Source: Ginglymostoma cirratum
Lineage: Eukaryota
Reading direction: 5' to 3'
Assembly (NCBI GenBank): GCA_024137785.1
Contig: JAHRHZ010000032.1
Span: 5,024,149-5,088,148 of the forward strand
Length of the DNA stretch: 64,000 nucleotides
Shown: piece after piece, positions 13,150 through 24,055 of the stretch
Numbering within the stretch: position 1 is the first letter of the stretch
Layout: every line of letters starts with the position of its first letter
The notes under the pieces: generated by a model
Seen by the model: the letters and a program-made list of their open reading frames with translations, nothing else
Told to the model about the DNA's origin: nothing
Databases searched by the model: none
Program-made: the position numbers and the translations under genes

Positions 13150-14230
13150 AACCAAGGCAATTCAAGTTCCTACGTTATAGCGTACTTCAACTGTCCCGAA
13201 GTCTTTGACAAAGTTCTACATGAAAAATACTAATTAAATAAAATCTTTGAACACTTAACGATAGGATACAAGAGTAGGTAAGGAATCAGATAACGAAAAG
13301 GAAATGTTAGTTGCGAACATTGCAACTTAATCTGTTGCACCCAAATATTTTTCCAAAAAGCTTGCAGCAGAGTACAGAATGCGAAACTTGACTAAAATGT
13401 TGAGCTGTCAGCTATCACTGGTGACGTACTGTGGTGGATTGAGAACCGAGTGAACACCTACTACAGGAAGAGGTTAGATAATCTTGGATCTACTTAGAGA
13501 GTGATCATAACAATGTTTCATTAGGACCATTGCTAATTATCATTTTAACTCAATAGGCTAGGCTAGATATAAGCTTGGGGGAATGATCCTCAAGTTTGGA
13601 GATGATAGTAAGATTTATGCAATAGTTAAGGCTGTAAATAATCCTTTCAAATGGATCTAGATGAGTGGCAAATTGGGCTCTTAACTGGCAATTGGTGTTT
13701 AAATTACAAAATGCAATGTTATTCCCACGGGCAATGCTGGATAAGTATTAATGTGTGAGTACTGAATATATTCAGGAGAAATACTGAAGCTGGCTGAGAA
13801 AGAATTTGGGCATTCCAGTGCATAAATTGCTTTGGCTTCTTGACAAAAGACTTGAATTAAGTGCTATTGAGTGAACACGATGTTAAAACATACTTATGGG
13901 ACAGTGTACTATCTTCCTCACATGAGGCCTATGTGAAGATATTAGTTTTGGTTTCCCAAAGTGAGAGCTTTGTCAGTTTTTGGTTGATGGGATATGACAA
14001 GATGTCATCTCCTAGACTAGATTTGATCATCTAAAAGATTGGGGGGAGGGGGCAATGTCCATTCACATTTAAGGCAATTGAAAAAGATATTTCTACACTT
14101 TTAAGATGAACTATTTATTCTTAAAATCGGGTTCTGTGCCTTTCCCAGAAGATGGCAAGGCTCTTGAATGAAATGAACAATATATACATTGTGATGTACA
14201 ACTCATTGCAACTGCATGGATGGGAAGGTT
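13150..14230 (+). mobile_element. Highly decayed CR1 RT region
   Basis: Remnant motifs ctttgacaaagttctacatg (FDKVxH), ctcaagtttggagatgatagtaag (KFADDTK-like) and tggcaattggtgtttaa..aaatgcaatgtt (WQM.FN..KC). Confidence 0.55.
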
Positions 14231-15324
14231 TGGATGAGCAGTTTATCTTTACAGATCCATAATTTCCTAAATCATGGCAAAAATCTTATTGACTCCAGTA
14301 ACAGTTAGCAACCTAAACCACTCACTCGAAACGAATACTAAGATTCTTTAAAAACCAGTGTACAATGCTAGTGCAATAATCCAAAGTGAGGAATTCAGAT
14401 GTCAATGGAAAAAGACTTGCTCTGCACCTACCATACAGAACCTTTTTTTAGTGTATGTATATGGAAGAGATGGAGTACCAACGCTGAGGTTAAGTCTGTT
14501 TGCAGTAATCCTGCAAGTGTGTCTAGTGCTGGGACTCCTGTATCTCTTGCTTAATTATGAAGCTTTGCTGTAACCTCAAGCCACAAACTCACACTACGTT
14601 TGGTTGTCCTTCTGGTTTAACCTATACGAAGTTAAAAGCACTTATAGCTACTTTGCTATCAAGATGGTATTTTAGGCAAGCCTGATCCAGGTCAGACACA
14701 ATGGGCCAAATGGCCTCCTATTGTGCTTTAAGGCTTTTCATGTTTCTAAGACCAGGTTTCCCTCCCCAAAGGAATTTTAAGGCCTTGAATGACAAACAGA
14801 AGAGAATTATCCAAATATGTGAGGCATCGAGCGCCCAACGTGGAAGAAACCAATGGTGTAGAATGCAAGTAGATATTACTTCTGGGGTGAATGAGTTTAA
14901 CGTTACTCAGATTAAATGAAATTCTTTGCTAATCATGCACAAATGCAGATTTTTAAGTGAGTATCTGTGTGATGCTAGAAGGAATCTTTTCAAATATTTC
15001 ATTTTCTTTACTGCAAGCATCGGTATCTTATTTACATTCCGACATGTTTCCCAGATTACAGACACCTTCTCCTGTAAAAATGGTCCCAGATGAAGCACAT
15101 TATTAAGAATCTTGGCACACAAAATGTTCCTGTAACCACTTAATTTGAATAACATATCACACCTGGGCTCAATTTTAAAGAGACCTTGTCTATAGTCTGT
15201 ATTTTAGTGAAGATTGAATACAGGAGTAAATAAATGAGAAAACTACTTTAATAATAAGGTAAAGCTCTGCAAATGCAATACTAGAAAATCCATAGTCTAC
15301 AGTGAATATTTCTATTAGGTTCCA

Positions 15325-15558
15325 GAAACAGAGTTATACAGCATGGAAACAGATCCTTTGATCCAACTCGTCTGTACCAACCAGATATCCTAAAATGATC
15401 TAATCCGACATGCCAGCATTTGGACCATATCCCTTTAAATTCGTCCTATTCATGTACCCATCTAGATGCCTTTTAAATGTCATAATTGTACCCCGCTCCA
15501 CCACCTGTTCCGGCAGCTTGTTCTGTGCATAAACCATTCTCTGTGTGGAAAAGTTGGT
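15325..15558 (-). mobile_element. CR1 LINE 3' fragment
   Basis: Same 3' end as 16296 and 51621 (acagcatggaaacagatcc...). Confidence 0.75.
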
Positions 15559-15790
15559 TGAACAGACTTGAAAGTTAATTTAACCAAGCACAATTTTGAA
15601 CCACTTTCAATATAAAAAACCTATACAGCTTTATGTTACGGCAACATCTGTGAAATAATTATACCCTGACACTGTTACAAAAATACCTGTTGCTTCTTCA
15701 AAGGGAATGCAGCACATTTAATGTTGCCTTTATTATCTGTTACACGCCACTGTTACAAAGACAAACAGTGCAAAACCAGGGATCACTTAC

Positions 15791-16168
15791 CTGTCAGGTT
15801 CCCCTTAGCATTGTAGGATCCCCAGTAGGTTGATTCTGTGTTAGGGGTGTGGCATTCATATTCCCCTGTATCTCGTAGTTGTAGATTGGTGATGTGTAAC
15901 AGTGCAGAGTCTCCATCGATTCTCTCAACGTAGACCTCATTATTATGGACTCTCTCTGCATAGACAGCATAGGGGTAGCCAGGATCATTCGTGCTGACTA
16001 TCTGGATTTGTCTTTCAGGTGCAGAAGGCAGATAGATGGACCATTCAAAGTTCTGCTGTGTGGAACCCACATATCCAGATACATTACACCAAATGGTTAT
16101 GTGGTATCCTTCTGCTCTGATCAATGGACCTTCCTGTACCTGGACATGTCTTTGAGCTGCACACAGGC
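15791..16168 (-). CDS. IGSF3: IGSF3 exon encoding the end of the signal peptide and the first V-type Ig domain
   Basis: Reads xLCAAQRHVQVQEGPLIRAEGYHITIWCNVSGYVGSTQQNFEWSIYLPSAPERQIQIVST...LLHITNLQLRDTGEYECHTPNTESTYWGSYNAKGNLT. This closely matches vertebrate IGSF3 as I recall it (QRQVTVQEGPLYRTEGSHITIWCNVSGY...DAGEYECHTP). Acceptor is ttctcttttgcag|G and donor is ACAG|gtaagt. Length is 378 nt, phase 1-1, as expected for an Ig-domain exon. Confidence 0.95.
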
Positions 16169-16295
16169 CTGCAAAAGAGAATCAATAGATGTACAAAGTT
16201 AGACGACTTCTCAAAAACAATCCACAGGAGACCACTTAAATCCAAATGTTCCTTGCCTCCTTCTTTCCCACCACTTATGCCTCCCAGTTTTCTCT

Positions 16296-17226
16296 GAGAG
16301 TCATAGAGTCATACAGCATGGAAACAGACTCTTCGATCCAACTAGTCCATGCCGACCATAGTACCAAACTAAACTAGTCCCATCTGCCTGCGCTTGACCC
16401 ATATGCCTTCAAACATTTTTTATTCATGTACTTATCCAAATGTCTTCTGAATGTTGTAACAGTATCCGCATCCACCTCTTCCTCTGGAAGTTCATTCCAC
16501 ACAAAAACCACTCTGTGTAGAAAAGTTGTCCCTCATGTCTTTCTGCTCTCACCTTAAAAATATGCCTCTTGTCTTGAAATCCCCCACCTTAGGAAAAATG
16601 CACCTGCCATTCACCTTATCTACACTCCTCATGATTTTATAGACCTAAATAAGTTCACCCCTCAACTTCCCACGCTCCATGAAAAAAGTCCCAGCTGATC
16701 CAGCCCCTCCTTATAACTCAAACCCTCCATTCCTGACAACATCCTGGTAAATCTTTTCTGAACACTCTCCAGCTTAATAATATCCTTCCTACAACAGGAA
16801 ACCAGAACTGCACACAGTACTCCAGAAGAAGCCTCACCAACGTCCTGCACAACCTCAACAGGACGTCTCAATTCCCATACTGAAAGGTCTGAGCAATGGA
16901 GGCAAGCGTGCTAAGCTGCCCTGTCTACATTTGTGCAAATTTCAAAGAATTATGTACCTGAACCTGACAGGTCTCTCTGTTCTACAATACTACCCATGGC
17001 CCTACTTTTAATTGTATAAGTTCTGCCCTTGTTTGTTTTACCAAACTGCAATACCTTACATTTATTCAAATTAAACTCCATCTGCCACTCCTCAGCATGT
17101 TGACCCAATTGATCAAGATCTCCTTGTAATCTCAGATAATCTTCCTTACTGTCCACTATACCACCAATTTTCATGTCATTGGCAGACTTACTAATCATGC
17201 GTTCTATATTCTCAATTAAATCATTT
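16296..17226 (-). mobile_element. 5'-truncated CR1 LINE (ORF2 RT C-terminus and 3' tail)
   Basis: Frameshifted ORF pieces ISKSANDMKIGGIVDS..LQGDLDQLG..WQMEFNLNKCKVLQFG and RKDIIKLESVQKRFTRMLSGMEGLSYKE. Tail is (CTATGACT)n-like. Confidence 0.92.
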
Positions 17227-19228
17227 TCACCACAGTGGAGATATTCTGTCCAAGTGCAAATCAGTGGCTGAGAATTCTCAGTGCACTCAGGGATCATCAG
17301 AAACATCCAAATACATGGAGAAGATGCAAGAACGGAGAGTATACACAGTAAATCTGGAGTTGGGAGGAGCTCCTTCCCCATCACCGTTCTGCATGGGAAG
17401 GGAATTAATGGAAATGTTTTCTAACACTTCTGTAATTGTCTCCAGTACCATTGTGAAGCAAGAGAAATTTATATGCTGTACATCCCACTAGTTTCTGTGC
17501 GTTTTATAGAATGATCTATAATCATTAGTATAACACTACATTGCACATTTAAATTGATCCACTACTTATTTCAGCTAGCCACAGGGATGCTTAGAGTCAG
17601 TGAAGAGCAGTAGAAACACTGGTGGTACACATTAGAAACAGGCCCTCACATTCACATATTGACATAAACTACACTGGTTTTTGTATAAAGTAAAGACAAG
17701 CAGTGCATGCACTTTTTTCTTGAATGTGGCCCACAGCAAGTACCAAGACGACAGATCAGGCCCACCATTTAAATTGACTCTTCTGATCTGCAAATTGAAA
17801 GAATCAGCTTGTTGCTTTGATTTGTATCTTTAATTAGCTTTTAAATACTTCCCTGAAGAATAAAGTTCAAATCATGAACGCCTCATACATGCTTTCAGCT
17901 AGATATTATTTCACTAACCCAAGAATTTCTACTATAAATGTTGGTTTCCTTTTGCAATTTTAGATGCTGATGAAAATTGATGAAGAATTTGTCCCTGTTG
18001 TGATAGAAAATGAATGGCTTGCAGCTGAAGGGATGATACCATTTTTCAATTTTTTAATATTTCATGCTTCAGTGCTGAAGAACAGTAAGAAAAGCAGAAG
18101 CAATATGATCATCATTAATTATATTTTGGTCTGTTTTTCATTATAAGCCCGAATGTAAATGGTCAGAAACAGCTGAATATCATTGTGAACACATGTGTGT
18201 TGTAAACCAAATAGAAAGGATTTATGCTCCACTTTGATATCCCTTCATTTTAATTTTGTTTCAATTCAATTTAGTTTTATTTTACAAAGTCAGAGAAATT
18301 TCAGACAAAAGACTATTTGAGAATTTCTATCTATGCTGGCTGTCTTCTTTTATCCAATTGGCCAGCCTGAGACCTGAGACGACACCCAGTAGAGCATTAG
18401 TTAACGGAATTGACAAGTGTTGGTACAATATTTAACCATGAAGTTACTGCAAATGCAGATGTTGGCCTTATTGGAGGTGCACAAGTTGTGGATCAATTTC
18501 AGGTGTAAATATAAATTAAAATTTATATTTTCATGCATTGAAGTTCTGTTAGGAATTTTCCAATCATCTGCTGCAGCTTTAAGAAAATTGCATTGAAAGC
18601 CCAGAGAAACTGCATGAATTCACCCCCCTCCCCACGTCATCCACAGAAATGCAGCCACAGTATTCCTACCATCACCATTCTTCACAAATTAACAGCTACC
18701 TTAATGCAATTGCCAGTGAGCTCTGATTCATAGCACACAGTTACACAGCTGACAGATTTATGCAGATTTTGTTTTAGAAAATATAACAGGTTTCTCGTAC
18801 TGCTGTTCATTAAAGGTTTGAGTAGTGCTTAATTTTCTCCCTATTGTAAATATTACTTGAATCTAACATCAGATTCTGTCATCTAGCAGTTGACTTAAAA
18901 ATAACAAGAAATATATTTACCTCCTCTGGCCAAAGTTCTCATCTCTATTTTCCTGAAGGTGCCCACCTTACTATTACAGAGCATTCCAATGATTGCTGGA
19001 ACCCTTGAGTAAATGATTGTTAATCTGTGAACCTTCACTATGAACAATGATGCTTGATTGGTTAGCATTACAGCCAAGTTTGATGCTGTACAAAATAGAC
19101 TATGTAAATTTGTTATGATCAGGTGAGAAGGGAGAATATTGACTTCACTCTTTTTAACACCTCTCTCAGTCGGTTGCAACAAATATTTTTATTTCTCTTT
19201 AGCATGAAGCTATATCACACCTCAATTA

Positions 19229-19436
19229 TGATGTGGAGGTGTCAGTGTTGGACTGGGATGGACATGGTCAGAAATAACATGACACCAGGTTATAGTCCAA
19301 CAGTTTTATTTGAAAACACAAGCTTCCATAGCCTCAGTCCTTCTTCAGGTGTTAGGAAAACTAAGGCTCCAAAAGTCTGTGTTTTCAAATAAACCTGTTG
19401 GACTATAACCTGGCGTCCTGTGATTTCTGACTTTGC
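19229..19436. mobile_element. Penelope-terminus fold-back (palindromic mini-element)
   Basis: gtcagaaat..caccaggttatagtccaacag.tttatttgaaaacaca is mirrored by tgtgttttcaaataaacctgttggactataacctgg..atttctgac. Confidence 0.75.
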
Positions 19437-20186
19437 ACACCTCAATTAGAGCTTGGTTAAGTAGATCAAAATGGAGGAGCCAATTCTAAGGTTTACTTGA
19501 ATGCAATAAAATAGAATTTCACCATCTACTACGGGGGGTGAGTTTTCAATTAATAATGCTTGCCCCAAATTCTCTCATCATTGACTTTTGGGGTCAATGA
19601 AAGAGGCAAGCAGAGTGGCTTTGCATTCTTGCTTATAAATCCATTTTTCCTGGTCTCTGCTGAGAAGCAGCTGTTGACAAAGGTCCATTTGTATATTCCT
19701 GAGTCTGCTCATTGATCTTCCAGGCTGGCGAAATAGCAGGCGAGCAGGCGAGCCTTTCATTACCCATTATATGAAATTATCATGCATATACAGATTAAAC
19801 AGGAGATACAGATCTAACATTCTTGATGCTTCGCTGAGTAACAGTGCATCTTGATATAAATGTTCATTGTGATTTAGCTGGTTTTGTGTATTTCAAATAG
19901 ATTTGCATTAATCTGGCATCAGGTGATCACACAAACATTTTAGGTCAGTATTTTTCCTTCTTAATATCATGTTTAATCTACAAAAGATCTCCAGTATAAC
20001 AATGAGATGACTGGTTGAATATTGATAATCAATTTTACATTATGATTGCAACAATCTGTCATTCACTCAGAGGCATGTATTTGCATTTCACAGCAAGAGT
20101 CACTGGATCGGTAAAAGTGAAATTGCCATAATCACAGAGGACCATAGGGCTGCTCTTTCAATAAAGAGAGACAACTGAGTAAAGAT

Positions 20187-20410
20187 TGTAGCAAGGTCAG
20201 CCAGCTAGACCTCACAGAATATGAGTTCCCTGATTGGGGCTGTTAATCTGGTCCAATCAGGGAGCCTTGGCTGACGTAAAAGGGTGAATATCAGGGATAA
20301 TGAGCCCGGAATGCCTGGCTCAGTGAGAGGCAGCGCTATTGTCAAAGGCTATGCATTTGTAAATAAAAGGTGATTGGTGTTGGGATGCCAGCCTCTGAAG
20401 AGTTATTTCA
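20187..20410 (+). mobile_element. Solo LTR (Gypsy-like)
   Basis: TG...CA ends with an internal AATAAA. It is the reverse-complement homolog of 44288-44513. Confidence 0.75.
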
Positions 20411-20529
20411 GACCGATGGTAGTTTAACCTGAGGGTCACCACACCTCAAACATGGGGAGAGGTTGAGAAGACAAGACTTTTATGGCAACATCAACTGGTG
20501 TGGGAATTTAATCTACGTTGTCACTGTCA

Positions 20530-20601
20530 TCTCGGCCTATCGGCTCAGACCAAGTGTAGTTCTTGGCCTTTTGGCTAAGGCCACTTGGCTGCGATCACGT
20601 G
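20530..20601 (+). pseudogene. Tandem U2 snRNA 5'-end fragments
   Basis: TCTCGGCCTATCGGCTCAGACCAAGTGTAGT matches U2 nt 7-37 (27/31). TCTTGGCCTTTTGGCTAAG matches nt 7-25 (18/19). GGCCACTTGGCTGCGATCACGTG matches nt 11-33 (18/23). Confidence 0.85.
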
Positions 20602-22555
20602 CTGGGGCTTTTGCCTCAGTGACGGGACCATTTGTGTGGGAACAACAATTTAAATACCCCTCCCCTCTGCATCACATACCGGCCATCCAATCTAAGTGAC
20701 CACCCTCCACTGGATAAACAATAGATGAATTCCTATTTGTAAAGAAGAAATGATAAGGGCAGTTGTGAAACAACAACCTGAGTTGAACTGTGCCATTGTG
20801 CCTTAAACCACAACTGGTTGAATTCTAGCTACAACTGCTGTTTGTTGGTAATGACACGTCATGCAGTACTGCATTTCGAAATGTAACTTGAACCCAGAGT
20901 TAAGTCTCAGTAGATTGAGATTCTGCAGAAAGAAGTTACGGTCTATTTTGCATCTGAGCCACTTGGACCTTTATAGTTAATTTACACTGCAGAAGCTTAA
21001 AGGGAATTTGAAAATGGGTGGCATAAATACATCATAAATTAATTTAGAGGTGAAAATTGGCGTGCTCTTGCAAACCCACTCAGCAATCACAGCACCTTTG
21101 TCGAGGAATGTACGATTGCATCAGAAATCTAATATTGCCCACTTTTTCTGTTTCAATCAGTTTCATAAATTGAATTTTCCAAGTAACAAGGCCTAAACCG
21201 ACAGCAATTAAGGTGTGATTTCACAAACTGTACTTGTGTGTGAGAGAAAAATGATTCTATGAGCTAAGCTGCAATTGTCTAAGTGTAAAGTGAAATGGCT
21301 CACCACGTGGAGTGACAGTGCATGAATATTAGGAGATAACTTTATTCATGCTAAATATTATAATTAGAACTCATACCGCAAACCTGGGGAGTGAGTGGAG
21401 TTAAAAGGAGAAACTATAGTTTCAACTGAGCTGTCTTTTTAAACATTATTGCAATTCCAATTGTTCACAACACATGAAAAAAAATCATTGGTTCTTTGTT
21501 GATAATATGAGAAGTGTCCAGAAACCAAAGAAGGTGCAAAGTGATAAAAAGATCATGAAAAATGAGTTGAAACCCAAAATTAGAACCTGAATTGTTCATG
21601 GTTTGAAGTATTGTCACAGAGTCAGGATGATCCCAAGGACAGTACGGGGCTGAGCTGATATTGAATGAAGAAATATAGTAATGATAACAGCCACGGACTA
21701 ATAATCCAGAGGCTCAAGCTAATACTTTGACAACATGGGTTCAAATCCCACATGGTAGCTGGAGGAATTCAAACAAACTTAAATCTCGAATTAAATGGTC
21801 AGTAATGGTGGCCATTGTTCACTGTGATTACAAATCCATCTTGATCACAAGTTTGCTTTAGGGCAGGAAATCTGCCATTTTTACCTAGTCTGGTCTGCAT
21901 TCTGTGACTCTGGACCCACAGCAATGCTGCTGACCCTGCAATGGCCCAGCAAGACACCTATCCCTAGAAATGAAAACAGGGAGAGACTGTTTGGAGGGAG
22001 TTGGACTGGGACATCAGTAACTCCAGTCCCCATGAAGTCTAGTAGCATTGAGTCAAACATGGGCAAAGAAACCTTCTACTTATTACCACGTAAGCCACAC
22101 AAACCCATCTCTACCTCACAGTCCTTGTGAAGAGAAAGTCCTGTCTTTGCTTTGAGGGTATCCTCCATTATGTTCTGTGACAATACTACTTTGGTACAAT
22201 ATGAAAAGATGTCAAACAGATCTAACAACTTAAACTGGGCATCTATGACGTGCTGTTGGCCACCAGCAGCAAAGAATTACAGTCAACCTCAATCTGTAAC
22301 CTCATGGCCCATCATATGCCCAATTCTGCTATTGCCATCAAATCAGGGAACCAACCCTGGATCAATGAAGAGTGCAGGAAAGCATGCCAGGAGCAGTACC
22401 AGTGATACTTAAAGGGGAGGGCTCACCCTGCATGGACAAACAACTAAAAGAGCACGCAATAACAAAAGTTAAGTGATCTTACAACCAATGGATTGGATCT
22501 AAGCACTGCAGACTGCACATCCAGTCATGAATGGTGGTGGACAATTAAACAACTT

Positions 22556-22812
22556 TTGGAATACTGTGTTCAACTCTGGTCTCCCTGCTATAGGAAAGAT
22601 GTTAAACTTAAAGGGTTCAGAAAAGATTTATAAGGATGTTACCAGGTTTGGAGGGTTTGAGCTATAGGGAGAGGCTGAATAGGTTGGCGCTTTTTCCCCT
22701 GGAGAATCAGAGGCTGAGGGGTGACCTAATAGAGGTTTATAAAATCATGAGGGGCATGGATAGCCAAAGTTTGTTTCCCAGGATATGGGAGTCCAAAACT
22801 AGAGGGTATAGG
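22556..22812 (+). mobile_element. Internal CR1 ORF2 fragment
   Basis: MLPGLEGLSYRERLNRLALFPLENQRLRGDLIEVYKIMRG. Confidence 0.85.
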
Positions 22813-23224
22813 AACTCAATGACTCTACAACTGAAAGTTGGAGCAGGTTCCACAACTATCCCCAATGTTAATGATGATGCAGCCCAACACATCAGTGCAA
22901 AAGGCGATCCTGAAACATTTGCATCCATATTCAGCCAAAAGTGCTGAGTAGGTGATCCATCTTGGGCTCCTCCAGAAGTCCCCAGTACCACAGATGCCAA
23001 TCTTCAAACAATTCAGGTCTTGTGATATCAAGAAGCAGCTGAAGGTACGGGAAACAAGTACTGACAACATTACACAAGCACTAAAAGCTGGTACTCCTCC
23101 ACTGCTGCAACCCTGGCCAGATTTTTCAGAACAGCTACAACACTGGCATCTACCCAGGAATGTGTACACAAAAAAAACAGGACAAATCCTACCTGGTCAG
23201 TTCCAGCCCCAACTGTCTACCCTT

Positions 23225-23545
23225 TAAAACCGAAACTAAAGTTCTCTCTATTTTTTTCAACTTAAAGTGAACAGAAAATACAGCTTCCTCTGCTCTTTTA
23301 AACAGAAAGTCGACACTGTCTCCATCAAACACTCCCATGACAAAGTCAGCACAGAGTTAGATGAAGAGTAAAACATCTACTCTTTTAGTTAAATGTCCCC
23401 TCACTCTTTTAAACTTTGAAAGTAAAGCTTCCTCGACGCTGTCCCCATCAAACACTCCCAGGGCAGGAACAACACAGGGTTAGATACAAAATAAAGCTTC
23501 CTTTCCACTTTTAAATGAAAAGTAAAGCTACCTCTACTCTTTTTA
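23225..23545 (+). repeat. Degenerate copies of a ~65-bp shark repeat
   Basis: The unit ctgtccccatcaaacactccca..acagggttagataca..gtaaagct..ctctac occurs at ~23311-23385 and ~23425-23510. A reverse copy lies at ~49670-49760. Confidence 0.65.
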
Positions 23546-23574
23546 AAAATGGAACAGAAACTTATTAAATTAAA

Positions 23575-24055
23575 ATAATGTCACTGGGCTGATGATGCAG
23601 CCCAGCCCCTGCAGCGTCCACTAGTTTCTAAAGGCCTCTGTAGTGTTGGTGAGCATGGTGTGTTCTTTCTCTATCCTAGTATGGACATAACCGCGAAAGA
23701 GGGGCAGACAGTCAGGAACAACAAGCCCGTCCATGGCCCGTTGCCTGGACTTGTTGATAGCCACCTTGGCCAAGGTCAGGAGCAGACCCACGTCCAGCGC
23801 CCCACACACTGGGTGCCCATAGATCAAGAGTGTGGGACTGAAGTGCAACCAAAATTTAAGGAGCATCCCATTCAAAAAACCCAAAAAGGGGCCGCAAGTG
23901 GAAACAAGGTATATATGAAATATCTTTTCCTCCAAGTCACTAAAACTATACATGGCACATCAGCGGTGAAGTTACTTAATGTCTGATGGCTCAGGACTGC
24001 CGCATGCAGTACTCTCCATCCCAAGTATGAATGCCCACAGCTCTCCCTCTTAATC
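23575..24055 (-). mobile_element. Tx1 (L1-clade) ORF2 C-terminal fragment
   Basis: LGWRVLHAAV... and FSPTLLIYGHPV..GLLLTLAKVAINKSRQRA..DCLPLFRGYV..EKEH, typical of Tx1 ORF2 ends; frameshifted. Confidence 0.8.

Larger units (their letters stand above)
20110..20700 (-). mobile_element. Old tRNA-derived SINE hosting a solo LTR and a U2-derived insert
   Basis: Segments gaggaccatagggctgctct..gagagacaactg / gtttaacctgagggtcaccacacctc..ggttgagaag / tctgcatcaca read as one element split by two insertions. Confidence 0.5.

Noticed and set aside
1-15790. Next IGSF3 exon (second Ig domain)
   Set aside because: No matching peptide was found in the ORF track or by eye. It probably lies beyond the left window edge.
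15783-16124. Assignment of the Ig exon to IGSF8, CD101 or PTGFRN
   Set aside because: QRxVxVQEGPLxRxEGxHITIWCNVSGY fits IGSF3 better than the other EWI members as I recall them. A phylogeny would be decisive, especially against CD101.
18921-18984. Alternative phase-1 first coding exon for IGSF3 (MLCNSKVGTFRKIEMRTLARG, GAG|gtaaat)
   Set aside because: It is in frame with the Ig exon but has no hydrophobic core and a weaker donor than the 57080 candidate. It cannot be excluded as a minor exon.
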